Source: Octopus vulgaris (taxonomy: Eukaryota). From it: 64,000 nt of DNA. This document shows positions 1 to 14,295 of the stretch, piece after piece. Position numbers and translations under genes: made by a program. The stretch is from the NCBI GenBank assembly GCA_951406725.2, contig OX597836.1:33170001-33234000 (forward strand). Direction: 5' to 3'. Under the pieces are notes generated by a model. That model was not told the DNA's origin and made no database searches. It worked only from the letters and a program-made list of their open reading frames with translations. The first letter of the stretch is position 1. Every line of letters starts with the position of its first letter.

Positions 1-124
1 ATAGATGTAGAAATCTAGGCAAATTGTACTTTAACAATGTATTCTCCAACCTTATCAGAAACATGTGTAAGCCAGATGGAATAAGATGTACAAATATCCA
101 TTACTTTTGAGCCTTTTCTTCTGG

Positions 125-445
125 CATTCCATTGGTGACGATGACGACGAGGGTTCCAGCTGATCTGATCAACAGAATAGACTGCTGGTGAAATTAACGT
201 GCAAGTGGTTGAGTACTTCACAGACACGTGTACCCTTAACATAGTTCTCAGAGAGATTCAACATGACACAGAATGTGATGAGATTGGCTCTTTGAAATGT
301 AGGTACAGCTCGTTTTAGCCATCTGGGCAGATTGGAGCAATGTGAAATAAAGAGTCTTGCTCAAGCACATAATCCACTGCCAGTAATTGAACTCCAAACA
401 TAAGGATTGTCAGCCAAATACCCCTACCACTAAACCACGTGCCTT
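125..445 (-). mobile_element. tRNA-derived SINE, family E
   Basis: Degenerate tRNA-like head at the right end; second copy at 19342-19570. Confidence 0.7.
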
Positions 446-469
446 AAAATATACATACTCACACACAAG

Positions 470-1100
470 TGAGATTGTAGCTGTGGTCTATGCCAGTGCT
501 GTATAACCATCCTGTTTAAGAAGTACCCTTCAATCTTCGGGCAATATGCTGTGCTTGAGAGGACCTGTTGAGTCAAATGAAATCATTGTCGTGGCTGATG
601 ACATTACTGCCTGACAGGCACCTGTGCTGGTGGCATGTAAAAAGCATCAGTCGAGCATGATCGATGCCAGTGCCGCTGGACTGGTTCCCGTGCTGGTCAC
701 ATGTAAAAAGCACTATTTGAGTGTGGTCAAAGCCAGTGCCACTGGACTGGCTCCTGTACTGGTGGCATGTAAAAAGCACCATACGAGCATGTTCCCTCTG
801 CTGGTGGCACATAAAAGCACCATTTGAGCATGATCAATGCCAGTGCCACGTAAAAACCACCTTTCAAGCATGGTTGATGCCAGGGCTGCCTGACATATAA
901 AAAGCTGCCAGGGCTGCCAGTGACATATAAAAAGCACCCACTAGACTCTCGGAGTGGTTGGTGCTAGGAAGGGCATCCAGCAGTAGAAACCTTGCCAGAT
1001 CAGATTGGAGCCTGGTGCAGCCTCCTGGCTTGCCAGTACGCCTCAAACTGTCCAACCCATTCCAGCAAGAGAGGCAGAAATTAAACGACAATGATGATGA
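470..1100 (+). mobile_element. SINE-like repeat, family C (internal ggcacgtaaaaagcacc repeats, (GAT)n tail)
   Basis: Shares ggttggcgttaggaagggcatccagc and gttaaacgatgatg with copies at 4985, 7590 and 14155. Confidence 0.8.
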
Positions 1101-1264
1101 CACACACATATGTATATATATACTATACACTATACATTCCTGGTGGAGAGCAGGATTGTTGTGATTCTCAAAAGTGAAGAGGTGGGCATGGGGAAAAATT
1201 AAGAAGTGTTAATTTGTACTATCTGGTCATCTTAAAATGAGAAGATGTCTATGAGGACAAGCTG

Positions 1265-1572
1265 AGACCCCCTTTGGTCATGACTGACCATGGGATTGCA
1301 CCTAGAAAGTTACGCTCCCAGGCACAAGACCAGCAGTAGCCCATGCATACTGGCCTCCCCCCTCCACGCCACCAGTGTTATCCAAGGGAAAGGCAAAGGC
1401 TGATACAGCTTGGCACCAGTGACATCGCAACTCATTTCTACAGCCGAGTGAACTGGAGCAATGTGAAATAAAGTGTCCTGCTCAAGAACACAACAGGCGG
1501 CCCGGTCCGGGATTCAAACTCACAACCTCACGATCATAAGCTCGATGCTCTAATCACTGAGTCATGCGCCTA
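1265..1572 (-). mobile_element. tRNA-derived SINE, family D
   Basis: Head ggcgcatg(a/g)ctcagtg(a/g)ttagagc with a B-box-like gagtttgaatcc; copies at 6783, 12895 and 40298. Confidence 0.8.
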
Positions 1573-1610
1573 CACACGAGGAGAAGACATATGCTATTTA
1601 TATATACAAT

Positions 1611-2000
1611 AGGCACAGGAGTGGCTGTGTGGTAAGAAGCTTGCTTCCCAACCACATGGTTCCGGGTTCAGTCCCACTGCGTAGCACCTTGGCTAAGTGT
1701 CTTCCATTATAGCCTCAGGTCAACCAAAGCCTTGTGAGTGGATTTGGTAGAGGAAAACTGAAAGAAGCCCGGCATATATACACATGCATATATTTGTGTG
1801 CATGTGTCTTTGTGTCTACGTTTGTCCCCTGACAATCGCTGTCGGTGTGTTTACATCCCCTGTAACTTAGAATTTCAGCAAAACAGACCAATAGAATAAG
1901 TTACCAGGCTTACAAAGAATAAATCCTGCGACTAAAAACACCCTTTAAGGTGGTGCTCCAGCATGGCTGCAGTCAAATGATTGAAACAACTAACAGAATA
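1611..2000 (+). mobile_element. tRNA-derived CORE-type SINE, family A (octopus OR-like)
   Basis: ggcacaggagtggctgtgtggtaag A box, gggttcagtccc B box, CORE-like ccttgg(g/c)(c/t)aagt, internal (TA/TG)n; more than 20 copies in the window. Confidence 0.9.
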
Positions 2001-2751
2001 ACAGAATACACACATATAAACATACATACACATTTTGTTATTTTTCTATCACTATTTCCCTATGAAAGAAAATTATTGAAAAAAAAAAGAAAAAAGAAAA
2101 AAAGACGGAATTCAACCCAAAGTCCCACAGTCTAATCAGATTTGCATGCTTGGTTGGTTATCCTTCTTCACTTTCTTCTTAATTTGGGGAGTGTTTTATT
2201 TTTGCTACTAACCCCATGGGATTGGAACCCATACACCCACAGACACCCACAAGGAATTCCCAAAACCTAGCTGACTTAATTTGATTGGCTTTCATTGAGG
2301 GTTTTTTTTATTCCTTGTTTTACAGATTTTTTTTTCCTCCCTCAAGCATCAAAACTCATTCTTTTCATTTGGGTTTAGAGAGCATGTGTTTGTGTGTGCT
2401 TGTGTAAGGGGCAGAGTCCATCATGGTCCACTACCTCTTGTTGCAGTCCACCCCTGCCCCACCCCCTCGCCTCAGCCTCCCCACTCCATCTTGTGATCCT
2501 TTACACACAAATTGGATTTCAATTAAGATAAGCCTAACCATATTCTTTCCTTCCAACAGAGGGGAAATCAGGCAAGCAGGAAGAGAAAAAGAGAAATGAA
2601 TACATACATACACACACACATATATATATATAAAGGAAGTGGGGTAGACTAAGTAGTTACAGGAAAAATAGCTACAACAGGGATGACAAATGAACAGAAC
2701 AGCTTCTGGCCATTCCATTAATCCAACACACCTACAAATACAACACTAATA

Positions 2752-2962
2752 TAACCCTTTGGCATGCAGATTACTCTGTCAAATGTAATGCTCTGAATTG
2801 ATCATACATTATTTCATAGCTTTGGGATTTTAATAACGTGATTGTTTGTCTTCAGAATGACGTTGTAAGTCATGTGTGAGAGGTTGGATCTGGCCAGTTT
2901 TTTTAACATAATGCAAGTAGAATACTTGAGCAGGATATTGCTGGTTTAATTAAACTTTTCGC
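2752..2962. mobile_element. Degraded piggyBac-like MITE (family P1)
   Basis: Homologous to 33390-33610. Confidence 0.65.
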
Positions 2963-3027
2963 ATTCACAAACACACACACACAATTCATATATCTATATA
3001 TATATATATATATATATGTATATTATA

Positions 3028-3188
3028 GGAGCAGGAGTGGCTGTGTGGTAAGTAGCTTGCCTACTAGCCACATGGTTCCAGGTTCAGTTCCACTGTGTGG
3101 CACATTGGGCAAGTGTCTTCCATTATAGACTCGGGCCGACCAAAGCCTTTTGAGTGGATTTAGTAGATGGAAACTGAAAGAAGCCTGT

Positions 3189-3241
<53 letters not shown>

Positions 3242-3523
3242 GTATGTTTGTGTGTCTGTGTTTGTTCCCCCAATATTGCTTGACAACCAACGCTGGTGTG
3301 TTTATGCCCCTGTAACTTAACAGTTCGGCAAAGGAGACTGATACAATAAGTACTAGGCTTACAAAGAATAAGTCCCAGGGTCGATTTGCTCGACTAAATG
3401 CGTTGCTGTAGTATGGCCGCAGTCAAATGACAGAAACAAGCAAAAGAATAAAAGAACACACACCTTGGGCCGACCAAAGCCTTGTGAGTGGATTTGGTAG
3501 ACGGAAACTGAAAGAAGCCCATC

Positions 3524-3565
<42 letters not shown>

Positions 3566-3775
3566 TTGTGTGTCTGTGTTTGTCTCCCCAACATCGCTTG
3601 ACAACCGATGCTGGTGTGTTTACGTCCCCATAACTTAGCGGTTCGGCAAAAGAGACCGATAGAATAAGTACTAGGGCTTACAAAGAATAAGTCCTGGGGT
3701 CGATTTGCTCGACTAAAAGGCGGTGCTCCAGCATGGCCGCAGTCAAATGACTGAAACAAGTAAAAGAGTAAAAGA

Positions 3776-3777
<2 letters not shown>
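3028..3777 (+). mobile_element. SINE family A, full copy plus tandem 5'-truncated copy
   Basis: Two consecutive ccgaccaaagcc...ga(c/t)tgaaacaag units. Confidence 0.9.
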
Positions 3778-3814
<37 letters not shown>

Positions 3815-4984
3815 CATGTGTAACATACGAATGTGTAAATAAACAAGAAAAGGACACACAACAACAGTAAAATTACTCTGGCCATAACTCATGGGTTTAT
3901 CCGGATTAAAATTGTTAGAAAGAGAGGCAGTGGAGGGGAAGAAGGTGGTGGTGGTGTTTGTATGTACAGGAAACATATGGTTGCCAACTGCGAGTATTAC
4001 AACCAGCTGACTATAGCTTGTGTCTGTGTGTGTATGTGTAGATATATATGTATGTGTGTCAGTATGTATACATGCACATAGATGTGTGTATATATATACA
4101 CATATATACATACACACATACACGCACACAAACACACACTTATGTGTATATACACTCATATATGTACAAACATGCATATACACACACATGCGTAAACTCA
4201 CATGAACAAACATGCATATACATACACACATATACACTCTCAGAACATTATTAAATGAAATCTACTAGTATTGCACAACTGCAATGAAAACGTGTTTGAT
4301 GTTGATGATGACAACACCGGCAACGATGACGATGATGAGGAAGAGAAAAGAAGAGAAGAGAAGAGGAGCATGAAGATTATTTTTATTAGCACTGTGGTGA
4401 CATTAAGCGATGGAGAATGGGGGAAACATTTATTTTTCCAATCATCATAATTATTATTCTAATAATAACGATGGCAATCATCGCTCGTTATGATTGCAGT
4501 GGCGGCAGATATGTATGGTCGTGCTTGGTGCTAAGTCGCAAAGAGTATGTGCAAAATTTATTTTTCTAATCTTCATAACCACCACCACCACCACCAATAC
4601 CACCATCCCCACCACCAATACCACCAATTGTTATTTTCATTGCTGCTGATGGTGGTGAGGATGATAATGGTAGTAGCGGTGGTGCTGCTAAGTAATAAGG
4701 AATGGTTGGTGCAAATATATTTGTGGAAGCATTCCTATCAAGAATGAATGAACCCTTGCATTTATAATAAGGAGAGAAAAGAGAGAGGGAAAGAGAAAGA
4801 AAGAAATAGACCCCCTTCACCCCTGACAAGGGTACCTGCTCCTCTCTTGTACCACCACCACCATCATCATCGTCATCGTCATCACTACCAACACTTCCTT
4901 CCTTGCAAATTAAATGTAGAGATAGAGCAAGAGCGAAGCAGAGAAAGAAGGCAGTTTTTACAGACACACACAAACACGTGTGTG

Positions 4985-5400
4985 TCATCATCATCATCAC
5001 CGTTTAACGTCCGTTCTCCATGCTAGCATGGGTTGGACGGTTCGACCGGGGATCTGGGAAACCAGAAGGCTGCACCAGGCTCCAGTCTTATCTGGCAATG
5101 TTTCTACGGCTGGATGCCCTTCCTAACGCCAACCACTCCGTGAGTGTAGTTAGGTACTTTTTACGTGCCACCTGCACAGGTGCCAGGCGAGGATGGCAAC
5201 GGCCACGGTCGGATTGGTGTATTTTATGTGCCACCGGCACGGAAGCCAGTCGAGGCGGTGCTGGCATCGGCCACGAGTCGGATAGTGCTTTTTACGTACC
5301 ACCAGACCAGGGATCCTGGCTGGTTCAATTCGATTTCGATTTCGCTTGCCCCAACATGTCTTCGCAAGCAAAGGGGGTTGGCATGGGTGCCTGTCGTACG
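4985..5400 (-). mobile_element. SINE family C
   Basis: (CAT)n tail followed by cgtttaacgtccgttctccatgctagcatgggttggacgg. Confidence 0.85.
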
Positions 5401-5502
5401 GTCGGTGTGTTATAATATTATGTTTGAGCATTGCATCACTAATAAATCTGGTGTAGAACTCAATACACGAGAAGCTACAGAAAAGTTCCTGGCTTTATTT
5501 AA

Positions 5503-5725
5503 CCCTTTTAGCATTTAAACCGGCCATATCCGGCCAAAAGTATTCTGCCTGTTTTATGTTCAAACTGGCCAGATCTGGTCTCTCACACCAACCCTACAAT
5601 ATCGTTTTTAAAAATTAACAGCTACCTCATCAAAATCTCAAAGCTACAAGATAATGCACGATTAGTTCAAAACAATTTGGATAAAAAAGGATTAATTTTG
5701 GCAGAATAAGGCGAACACTAAAGGG
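5503..5725. mobile_element. piggyBac-like MITE (family P1)
   Basis: TTAA|CCCTTT...AAAGGG|TTAA termini (TTAA at 5499-5502 and 5726-5729). Confidence 0.85.
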
Positions 5726-5874
5726 TTAAAACACACCATCACTGGTTATCAAGTGGTGGTGGGGGAACAGGGAGAAAGACACACACATATACACGTACAC
5801 AAGGGGTTTCTTCCAGTTTCTGTCTACGAAATCCACTCACAAGGTTTTTGGTGAGCCCTAATAATAATAATAAT

Positions 5875-6410
5875 AATCTGTTCTACTATAGGCAGTTAGG
5901 AGGAGGGAGCTAGGCGATTATACCGACCCCAGTGCACAACTGGTACAACTAGTGCATTTCGCCGCCTTATGTTCTACTTTTAATAATCTTTTCTACTATA
6001 GGCACAAAGCTTGAAATTTTGTGGAGAATGGGGATAGTTGATTACATCGACCCCAGTATTCAACTGGTACTTATTTCATAGACCCTTAAAGGATGAAAGG
6101 CAAAGCTGACCTTGGTAGAATTTGAACCAAGAATGAAATGCTGCTAAGCATTTTGGCCAGTGTGCTAACAGTTCTGCCAGCTCACCACCTAAACAATGTT
6201 TTCTAATTTTGGCACAAGGCCAGCAATTTAAAAAGGGAGGAGATCAGTTGATGACATCAACCCTAATTGTTAACTACTACTTTATTACATCAATCTGAGA
6301 GGGATGAAGTGCAAAGCCGATGTTGGCAGGATTTGAACTCAGAATGTAGCGAGCCAAAAGTATCACAATGCATTTCTTCTGATGCTCTAACGATACTGCC
6401 AGCTCGCTAC
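5875..6410 (-). mobile_element. Cluster of SINE family B copies (tail type 2)
   Basis: Repeated gaccccagt..ctggtact..ggatgaaaggcaaag..gaatttgaac..ctgccagctc motif. Confidence 0.75.
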
Positions 6411-6782
6411 CATAAAAATAAAACTGACAATTTTAAAACTATTAACAATTTGAAGTTATTAAACTTGCTTTCAATTGTCCTTGTCATATAATATTTAGAA
6501 GAGAGAAAAAGAAAGGAAATATATAAAAAAAAAATTCTACATTGAAACAAAAACTGTTATATTATTTGGTCTGTATACAACTGATTAATTTTATTGCAAA
6601 ATCAAATTTCTACAACTATGAAACCCTTCAAGTAAATAAAATTAATAAATTGAAAAAACTGAAGACATGGTCACACTACTGCTACCACCACACCACTGCC
6701 CTTCAATTCCCAAGAGCTGCACCAGGTTCTAGTCTGATATGGCTTGGTTCCTACAGCTGGATGCTTTTCCTAATGTAAGCTA

Positions 6783-7116
6783 AAGACCCCCGTTGGTCAT
6801 GAATGACCATGAGATGGCACCTAGAAAGTTCCCCTCCAAGGTGCAAGTCTGGGTAAGGTTGTTTATGGAAGACCAGCAGTCACCCATGCATACCAGCCTC
6901 CCCTCTCCATGCCACTGATGTTACCCAAGGGAAAGGCAAAGGGGCTGATACAGCTTGGCACCTGTGATGTCGCAACTCATTTCTACAACTGAGTGAATTG
7001 GAGGAATGTGAAAATAAAGTGTCCTGCTCAAGAACACAATACATTGCCCAGTACAGGAATCGAACTCACTACCTCATGATTGTGAGCCTGACGCTCTAAC
7101 CACTGAGCCATGCGCT
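6783..7116 (-). mobile_element. SINE family D
   Basis: Near full-length copy homologous to 1265-1572. Confidence 0.85.
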
Positions 7117-7589
7117 TTTGAGTGCCGGAAGATTTCAACATGATACTGGCACGAGTGCCTTTACACAGCAGCACCGGCAAAACTGCTTTTTACCTGGCAC
7201 CAACACAGGACCCTTGAAGACCAATCCACTTCACCAGGAAGAGCATTCTTAACACTTCGGCTGCAAAGGATGGGTCTTCTCGAGTACAGCAAGGTGCCAG
7301 ATATCTTGGTCTTTTGTCATCTCCCCCCGAAAGCTTCAGCGTTGTGAAGTCGTCCATCGAAAAGAAAATTGTTGCCATAGTTACATGGAAGAAAACAAGA
7401 ACAACAGCGAAAGTAAAACGAAGGTACTCTTAACGAACTTTTAATATCATGTAAACCCACACTCATGCTGATCTTCCGTTTGAACTGACAATTCGTGCTG
7501 ATCTTCCGTTTGAACTGACAATTTATAAGGGTATAAAACAAATATACTTGATACAATACTTGGTGCCTTACCAGCACTCGAGTCCTGTG

Positions 7590-7972
7590 CTAGTTGGGTA
7601 TTAAGAGCACCATCCGAGCGTGATCGTTGCCAGAGCGGCTACCTGGCCTCCGTGCCGGTGGAATGTAAAAGACACCATTCGAGCATGATCGTTACTAGCA
7701 ATCGCCTTACTGGCACCTGTGCCGGTGGCATGTGTAAAAGATTCAAGCGAGGTCGTTGCCAGTACCGCCTGACTGGCCCCATGCCGCTGGCATGTAAAAG
7801 CACCCACTACACTCTTAGAGTGGTTGGCGTTAGGAAGGGCATCCAGCTGTAGAAACTCTGCCAGATCAAGACTGGAGCCTGGTGCGGCTGTCTGGTTTGC
7901 CAGCCCTCAGTCATTCGTCCAACCCATGCTAGGATGGAAAGCAGATGTTAAATGATGATGATGATGATGATG
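7590..7972 (+). mobile_element. SINE family C
   Basis: Family C core plus (GAT)n tail. Confidence 0.8.
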
Positions 7973-8394
7973 AAATTGTGATTTGTGTATGATCTGTATC
8001 AAGGAATGAAACATGTTCTTAATACGTATGCAGTCTGTATCAAATGGATTTCAGCGAAATTTTTTTCATTTGTTATTTAAGTCAAAATAACAGTATCTGT
8101 GAATTTTCAGGTAATTTCATTCACTAGAAAAATTTTCGGCGAATAGATTCCACCAATTGGAATAGGTTGCTGGCATGGGTTTTTTTTTTTTTTATGAACC
8201 AAGACCATGTGATCTTGTGTTCAGGCCTGCTGCATGGCAATCTCAGCAAGGGTCTTGTCTTCTACTGGAGCCCTCCCTACCCAGGACCGACCAATGGTTT
8301 GCGAATAAATTTGGTACATGGAGACTGTGAAGAAGCCCCTCATACGATGACATGATTCCATACGAGAAGTCTTCCAAACTGAGCCTGAATCTTT

Positions 8395-8608
8395 TATACT
8401 CTAGGCACAAGGCCCGAATTTGGAGTGGGGCAAGGGCTAGTCAATTAAGTCGACCTCAGTATGCAACTGGTACTTAATTTATTGATTCCCCAAAAGGATG
8501 AAAGGCAAATTCGACCTCGGCGGAATTTGAACTCAATGTAAAAGACAGATGAAATACCACTAAGCATTTTGCCCCGCGTGATAACAATTCTGCCAGCTCG
8601 CCGCCTTA
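8395..8608 (-). mobile_element. tRNA-derived SINE family B
   Basis: Head ggcggcgagctggcagaa, B box gagttcaaattcc, central gtcga(a/c)tttgcctttcatcc domain. Confidence 0.85.
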
Positions 8609-8911
8609 AAGCTTCTTACCACACAGCCAAGCCTGTGCCTACACATACATACACACACACACACACATATATATATACATACATACATATATACATATAT
8701 ATACATACATACATATACATACATACATATATATAATATATATATACATCATCGTTTAGCGTCCGTTTTCCATGCTAGCATGGGTTGGACGGAGCATACA
8801 TATACATTATATACATATATATACATACATATACATACATATACATACATATATATATACATATATATATACATATATATATATATAAAATGCATCTATA
8901 CACACACACAC

Positions 8912-8961
<50 letters not shown>

Positions 8962-9523
8962 CACACCTATATACACATATATACAACACACGACTACAGA
9001 TATTTGTGCGGTGTGTATGTATGCACAGACACGTACACATGTACACACTTATGTACACAAGTGTATGCCTACTGAGGAAATTACACACAGCTGTCAGAGT
9101 GGAGTGGAGGAGATCAGGGAGAGAGAGAGAGGCCTTGACAAATTAAAAACCCTGGAATGATAAGAGCTGACAACACACACACACTCTCTCTCTCTCTTAC
9201 TGTATCCTCAAGGGAAGGAACAGGATGGAAGGCAATACAACAACGACAACAACAATAATAATAATAATAATAATAATAATGATGATGATGATAATATAAG
9301 CCCAGTGTTGCTAAGTATTTTAACTAGCAGACTCCTTCCCTCCCAGTTGTACATGTTAGGAAGAGGAGCGGAGGAGGAGGAAAGGATAGCTGTGGTGGTC
9401 ATCTAACAGACACATCAGTGTAGATGGTGGGGGGGGGTGAGAGATAAAGAGAGAGAGAGAGTTGTATATACCTGCCCCACATGTATATCAAGAGTACATC
9501 CTACTGCCTTGTATGTATATATA

Positions 9524-9929
9524 TACTCTTTTACTTTTTTCAGTCATTTGACTGCGGCCATGCTGGAGCACTGCCTTTAATCGAGCAAATCGACCCCGGG
9601 ACTTATTCTTTTGTAAGCCCAGTACTTATTCTATCGGTATCTTTTGCCGAACCGCTAAGTAACGGGGACATAAATACACCAGCATCGGTTGTCAAGCAAT
9701 GCTAGGGGGACAAACACAGACACACAAACACATACACGCATATATATATATGTATACATATATACGACGGGCTTCTTTCAGTTTCCGTCTACCAAATCCA
9801 CTCACAAGGCTTTGGTCGGCCCGAGGCTATAGTAGAAAACACTTGCCCAAGGTGCCACGCAGTGGGACTGAACCCGGAACCATGTGGTTGGTAAACAAGC
9901 TACTTACCACACAGCCACTCCTATGCCTA
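9524..9929 (-). mobile_element. SINE family A, full length
   Basis: Complete head-to-tail match to the family. Confidence 0.92.
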
Positions 9930-10254
9930 ATATATATATTATATGTAGAAAAAATACAATCTGGGAAAGAATGTAAAACCTTTAGAAGATGATACAAAAA
10001 ACACGGATAGGACATAGGACATTCGAAGCCTTCAATCTTCAGATGGAACTGAAAAATCTACTCGAAATCAAATTCGATGACTGGCATTCCTGCTAGTGGA
10101 GTGCATATATATATATAGTACACCACATGGTGGTCACTCTCTTATATTTATGTATAAAATGTGTCGTAATCCGGGTTTTTTATGCACTAAGCCACTTGGT
10201 GGTAAATGGATGTGCTATTAAATTAGTACCCAATTTTCTCACCCTTATCAGTTG

Positions 10255-10308
<54 letters not shown>

Positions 10309-11059
10309 TATTGTCCACCATATGGTCACTAATGTGACACACGTACACACGGGTATATGCATACAAAACACAGGTATTTATTTATATACATACACACAGA
10401 CATATATCTACATACACACACACATGCGCGTGTGTTCATATATGTACACACGCATGTATTTGCATATAAACACACGTGTGGGTTCTTTAACTAGCAGATA
10501 GACATTGACACACACACACGAATTTATATACAAACACACACACATTTAAAAGTATTTTCTTTAATTCTTTAACTAGTAGAAATTCACACACACACACACA
10601 ACACAGAGGCTATAGCCAGCTGTAGGTTCTGCTTTCATCCTACAGACACATACACACACACCTAGACACTTCCACAGCATTAACAATAAAACAGACCCTC
10701 ATTCCCTTTTCACCATCAAACCAAAACTACACATTCCAATGGCAAATATTCCAGATTCATACCCACACAACTAACTATCCCAAAGCAATGCCCCTCCCAC
10801 CCACCTAGGGCTACTTTACATACCACCCCACTCACCACCACCACCATCATACAGGCAGTAGTCTCCCTACATCACTAATCCCAACATTAGCCAACAAGGG
10901 GGCTTCTACATAGCCACATGGCATGCTAGAAATAGTAGCTTAGTTAAAAATCTCTGAAATCACACACTATAATACAAATATATGCATGTATGAATATATA
11001 TATATATATTCATACATACATACATACACGCACATATATATTTATGAGTGTGTCTGACA

Positions 11060-11240
11060 CCCTTTCTTGGTTTATGTCCCCACAACTTGGTGGTTCAGGA
11101 AATAAGACCGATAAAATAAGTACAAGTCTTAAAAAAGTAAGTACTGGGGTCAATTTCATTTGACTAAAAAAAAAAACAAAAAAAAACTTCAAGGTGGTGC
11201 TCCAGCATGGCCCCAGTCCAATGACTAAAACAAATGATAA
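11060..11240 (+). mobile_element. SINE family A 3' fragment
   Basis: gaccgataaaataagtac..ggtggtgctccagcatgg. Confidence 0.65.
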
Positions 11241-11792
11241 ATGACAATACCCAAAAAATACTAGGATGGTCATGGCTAGATTGTCCATTCAGGGTTGATC
11301 CCATTGAGAGGTGGGGGTGTATGTGTTAAATAACAGTTTTTCCCCCCCCATCAGAGAAACCTCTACACCAACCAACACCTCCCAGCTTTGACCTTCCAAT
11401 GACCACTATCATCACTGTCCTACTTTATAAGCCACCACAGTAGCCAGGCCTTGAACCCCCACCCCACCTCCTCTCTCCATCAGTCATGGATGGACACCAT
11501 AGCTGGTGCCACCATCACCACCAACACAATGGACAGACTAAACACTACATACCATTACCCCGACCATGAACACCACCTACACCCTACAGGGCTAACACCA
11601 CCAGTTCCAAAAACACTACCATCTTCAGGACCACTAGATACAATCACCCCTACAATACAAACAAACCCCAGCACTACCACCACCACCTCTAACGTTTCCT
11701 CCAACATTACTTGCCAGGCCAACACTATTTGGCCACACTGTTACAATGGACAATACCAACACCACCACCACTGGCCGAAAACTCAACACCAT

Positions 11793-12184
11793 GACCACTA
11801 ACACTACTACGACCCTTACATTACAATCGTCTCCACCACCAGACCACTAACACTACTACAACCCTTACATTACAATCGTCTCCACCACCAGACCACTAAC
11901 ACTACTACAACACTTACATTACAATCGTCTCCACCACCAGACCACTAACACTACTACAACCCTTACATTACAATCGTCTCCACCACCAGACCACTAACAC
12001 TACTACAACCCTTACATTACAATCGTCTCCACCACCAGACCACTAACACTACTACAACCCTTACATTACAATCGTCTCCACCACCAGACCACTAACACTA
12101 CTACGACCCTTACATTACAATCGTCTCCACCACCAGACCACTAACACTACTACGACCCTTACATTACAATCGTCTCCACCACCG
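11793..12184. repeat. Minisatellite, 49-bp unit x8
   Basis: Unit ccactaacactactac(a/g)acccttacattacaatcgtctccaccaccaga starts at 11795, 11844 ... 12138. Confidence 0.97.
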
Positions 12185-12894
12185 CCTTACAATGCAAACA
12201 TGCTCTAATACCAACACCACCCTCGCCATTAGCCCAACACCATCACCACCATCTCTAGGACCACTAACAACACTACCACCCCTAGTTCCACTATCACCCC
12301 TACAACACATGCAGTATGTCCTGCCTTCCTCCCATCCCACAACAACACAATCATTTCTCTATCTGCCTCCTCGCCAACAGTCATCATATGTATTTATTAT
12401 TAAACAAGCTGATTACAATAGCAGTGGCAGCCCGGAAATTGAAAGATAACTGCAGATAATGGGAGATGATTACTAACTGTTTTAATGCAACGGCAACGAT
12501 GGCTGGCGATGACAACAATAACAAGAAAAAGATCAAACACTCAGAAAGAGCTAGAAAAAAAAAAAAAAAGAAGATAACAAGTCAAAAGATAGTACAAAAA
12601 AACTAAGAAAAAAAGGAGAGGAAAATGTCATCAGACATTACAGCCTCTCTTTATTTGTATACATGAACTTCCTTCACTATCAGCTCCCTCAACAATTAAT
12701 GAACCAGGATGAACAAAAAGCAAAACAAAATAAAACCCCAAAAGAAAAAAAAAACAAAACACAGGAATTCCTTTTATATTATAAACTATTTCCTCTTTAC
12801 AAGAAATGTCTAACTTCATAAAATGGTTGAATTTAGCTTAATTGATTTATTTCATGTTGTGCCATGCTGACAATTCCAAAGAAGGATTCAATAG

Positions 12895-13055
12895 AGCTGT
12901 ATCGGGCCCCTTTGCCTTTCCCTTGGGTAACATCAGTGGCATGGAAAGGGGAGGCTGGTATGCATGGGTGACTGCTGGTCTTCCATAAACAACCTTACCC
13001 AGACTTGCGCCTTGGAGGGGAACTTTCTAGGTGCCATCCCATGGTCATTCATGAC
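12895..13055 (+). mobile_element. SINE family D 3' fragment
   Basis: Reverse complement of the 6783-6960 segment. Confidence 0.75.
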
Positions 13056-13185
13056 TATACCAAGGCTGGAAACTTTTATGATCTTTATAATGTGTAGAAA
13101 AAAAAAATATGAGTATGCTTGTACACCTTTACTCTTTGATGTAAATTTTAAATTTTAATGATGCAAAACTCAGGAATACAGGCAT

Positions 13186-13296
<111 letters not shown>

Positions 13297-13304
13297 GTAT
13301 TTGA

Positions 13305-13630
13305 TATTTGTGTCTGTGTTTGTCCCTCCCACCACCATCACTTGACAACTGAAGTAGGTGTGTTTAGGTCCCCATAAATTAGCAGTTTGGCAAAGAGGAA
13401 CCAATAGAATAAGTACTAGGCTCACAAAGAATAAGTCCTGGGGTTGATTTGTTCGACTAAAGGTGGTGCTCCAGCATGGTCGCATTCAAATAAGTACTGG
13501 CAATAATTTGTAAACCTAAGTCCATCAAGGTAGTGCTCCAGCCTGGCTGCAGTCCGATGACTTAAGCAATGATTTCAAGGCAGTTCCCCAGCATGGCTGC
13601 AGTCCAATGCTTGAAACCGGGAAATGATAA
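13305..13630 (+). mobile_element. SINE family A 3' half plus duplicated tail fragments
   Basis: tttgtgtctgtgtttgtccc..ggtgctccagcatgg, with the tail repeated at about 13530 and 13585. Confidence 0.75.
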
Positions 13631-14154
13631 AAGATATATTCTTTCTTTTTCTTTCCTATGGAATTCCCAACTGAATAATTTCAAGAACTTGTTTCAAGGA
13701 AATGATGACCACCCATCACAAGGGTTTAATTGTGTGTGTGTCTTATACATACACAAGTTAATTTATGCATTATCACAAACAATATATGTGTGTATGTGTA
13801 TAAAAATTGAAAAAATTCCAATGTTAAATACATACTTGTGGCAGGAGTGTGCGTGTGAGTGAGCTGACACTTCAAAGTTACACCTAAGGCCTAAGTGTTC
13901 AAACAATCAGCACTCAGAGAGAGCTGGTTTAGTTATCAGTTACTTCAACATTTATAGCTCTTGAAGACTGAGTTTACACACATACATACAGGACTAACAT
14001 ACATATACATATAAATGTATATGTGTGTATATATAAATTTAAAATAATAAGGGTGAAAAATTGAATATTAATTTGATTAATATCAATTTAATACCAGTGG
14101 CCTAGCATATTTAAAAATCTGAAGTTTCAGAAAAAATAATATTACATACATGTA

Positions 14155-14295
14155 TTGGCGTTAGGAAGGGCATCCAGCTGTAGAAACACTGCCAGATCAG
14201 ACTGGAGCCTGGTGCAGCCTTCTGGCTTCCCAGATCCCCAGTCGAACCGTCCAACCCATGCTAGCATGGAGAACGGACGTTAAACGATGATGATG
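14155..14295 (+). mobile_element. SINE family C 3' part
   Basis: ttggcgttaggaagggcatccagc...cggacgttaaacgatgatgatg. Confidence 0.85.

Noticed and set aside
3359-4254. Recurrent ORFs such as FQSFDCGHAGAPP, YIYIYI and CVCVCV here and throughout the window
   Set aside because: Translations of SINE family A and microsatellites.
11451-11801. Thr/Pro/His-rich ORF (mucin-like)
   Set aside because: Product of C/A-skewed low-complexity DNA; the adjacent repeat unit is 49 bp (not a multiple of 3) and there is no splice support.
11793-12184. CRISPR-like regular array
   Set aside because: Units are contiguous and identical with no unique spacers, there are no cas genes, and the context is a eukaryotic intron.
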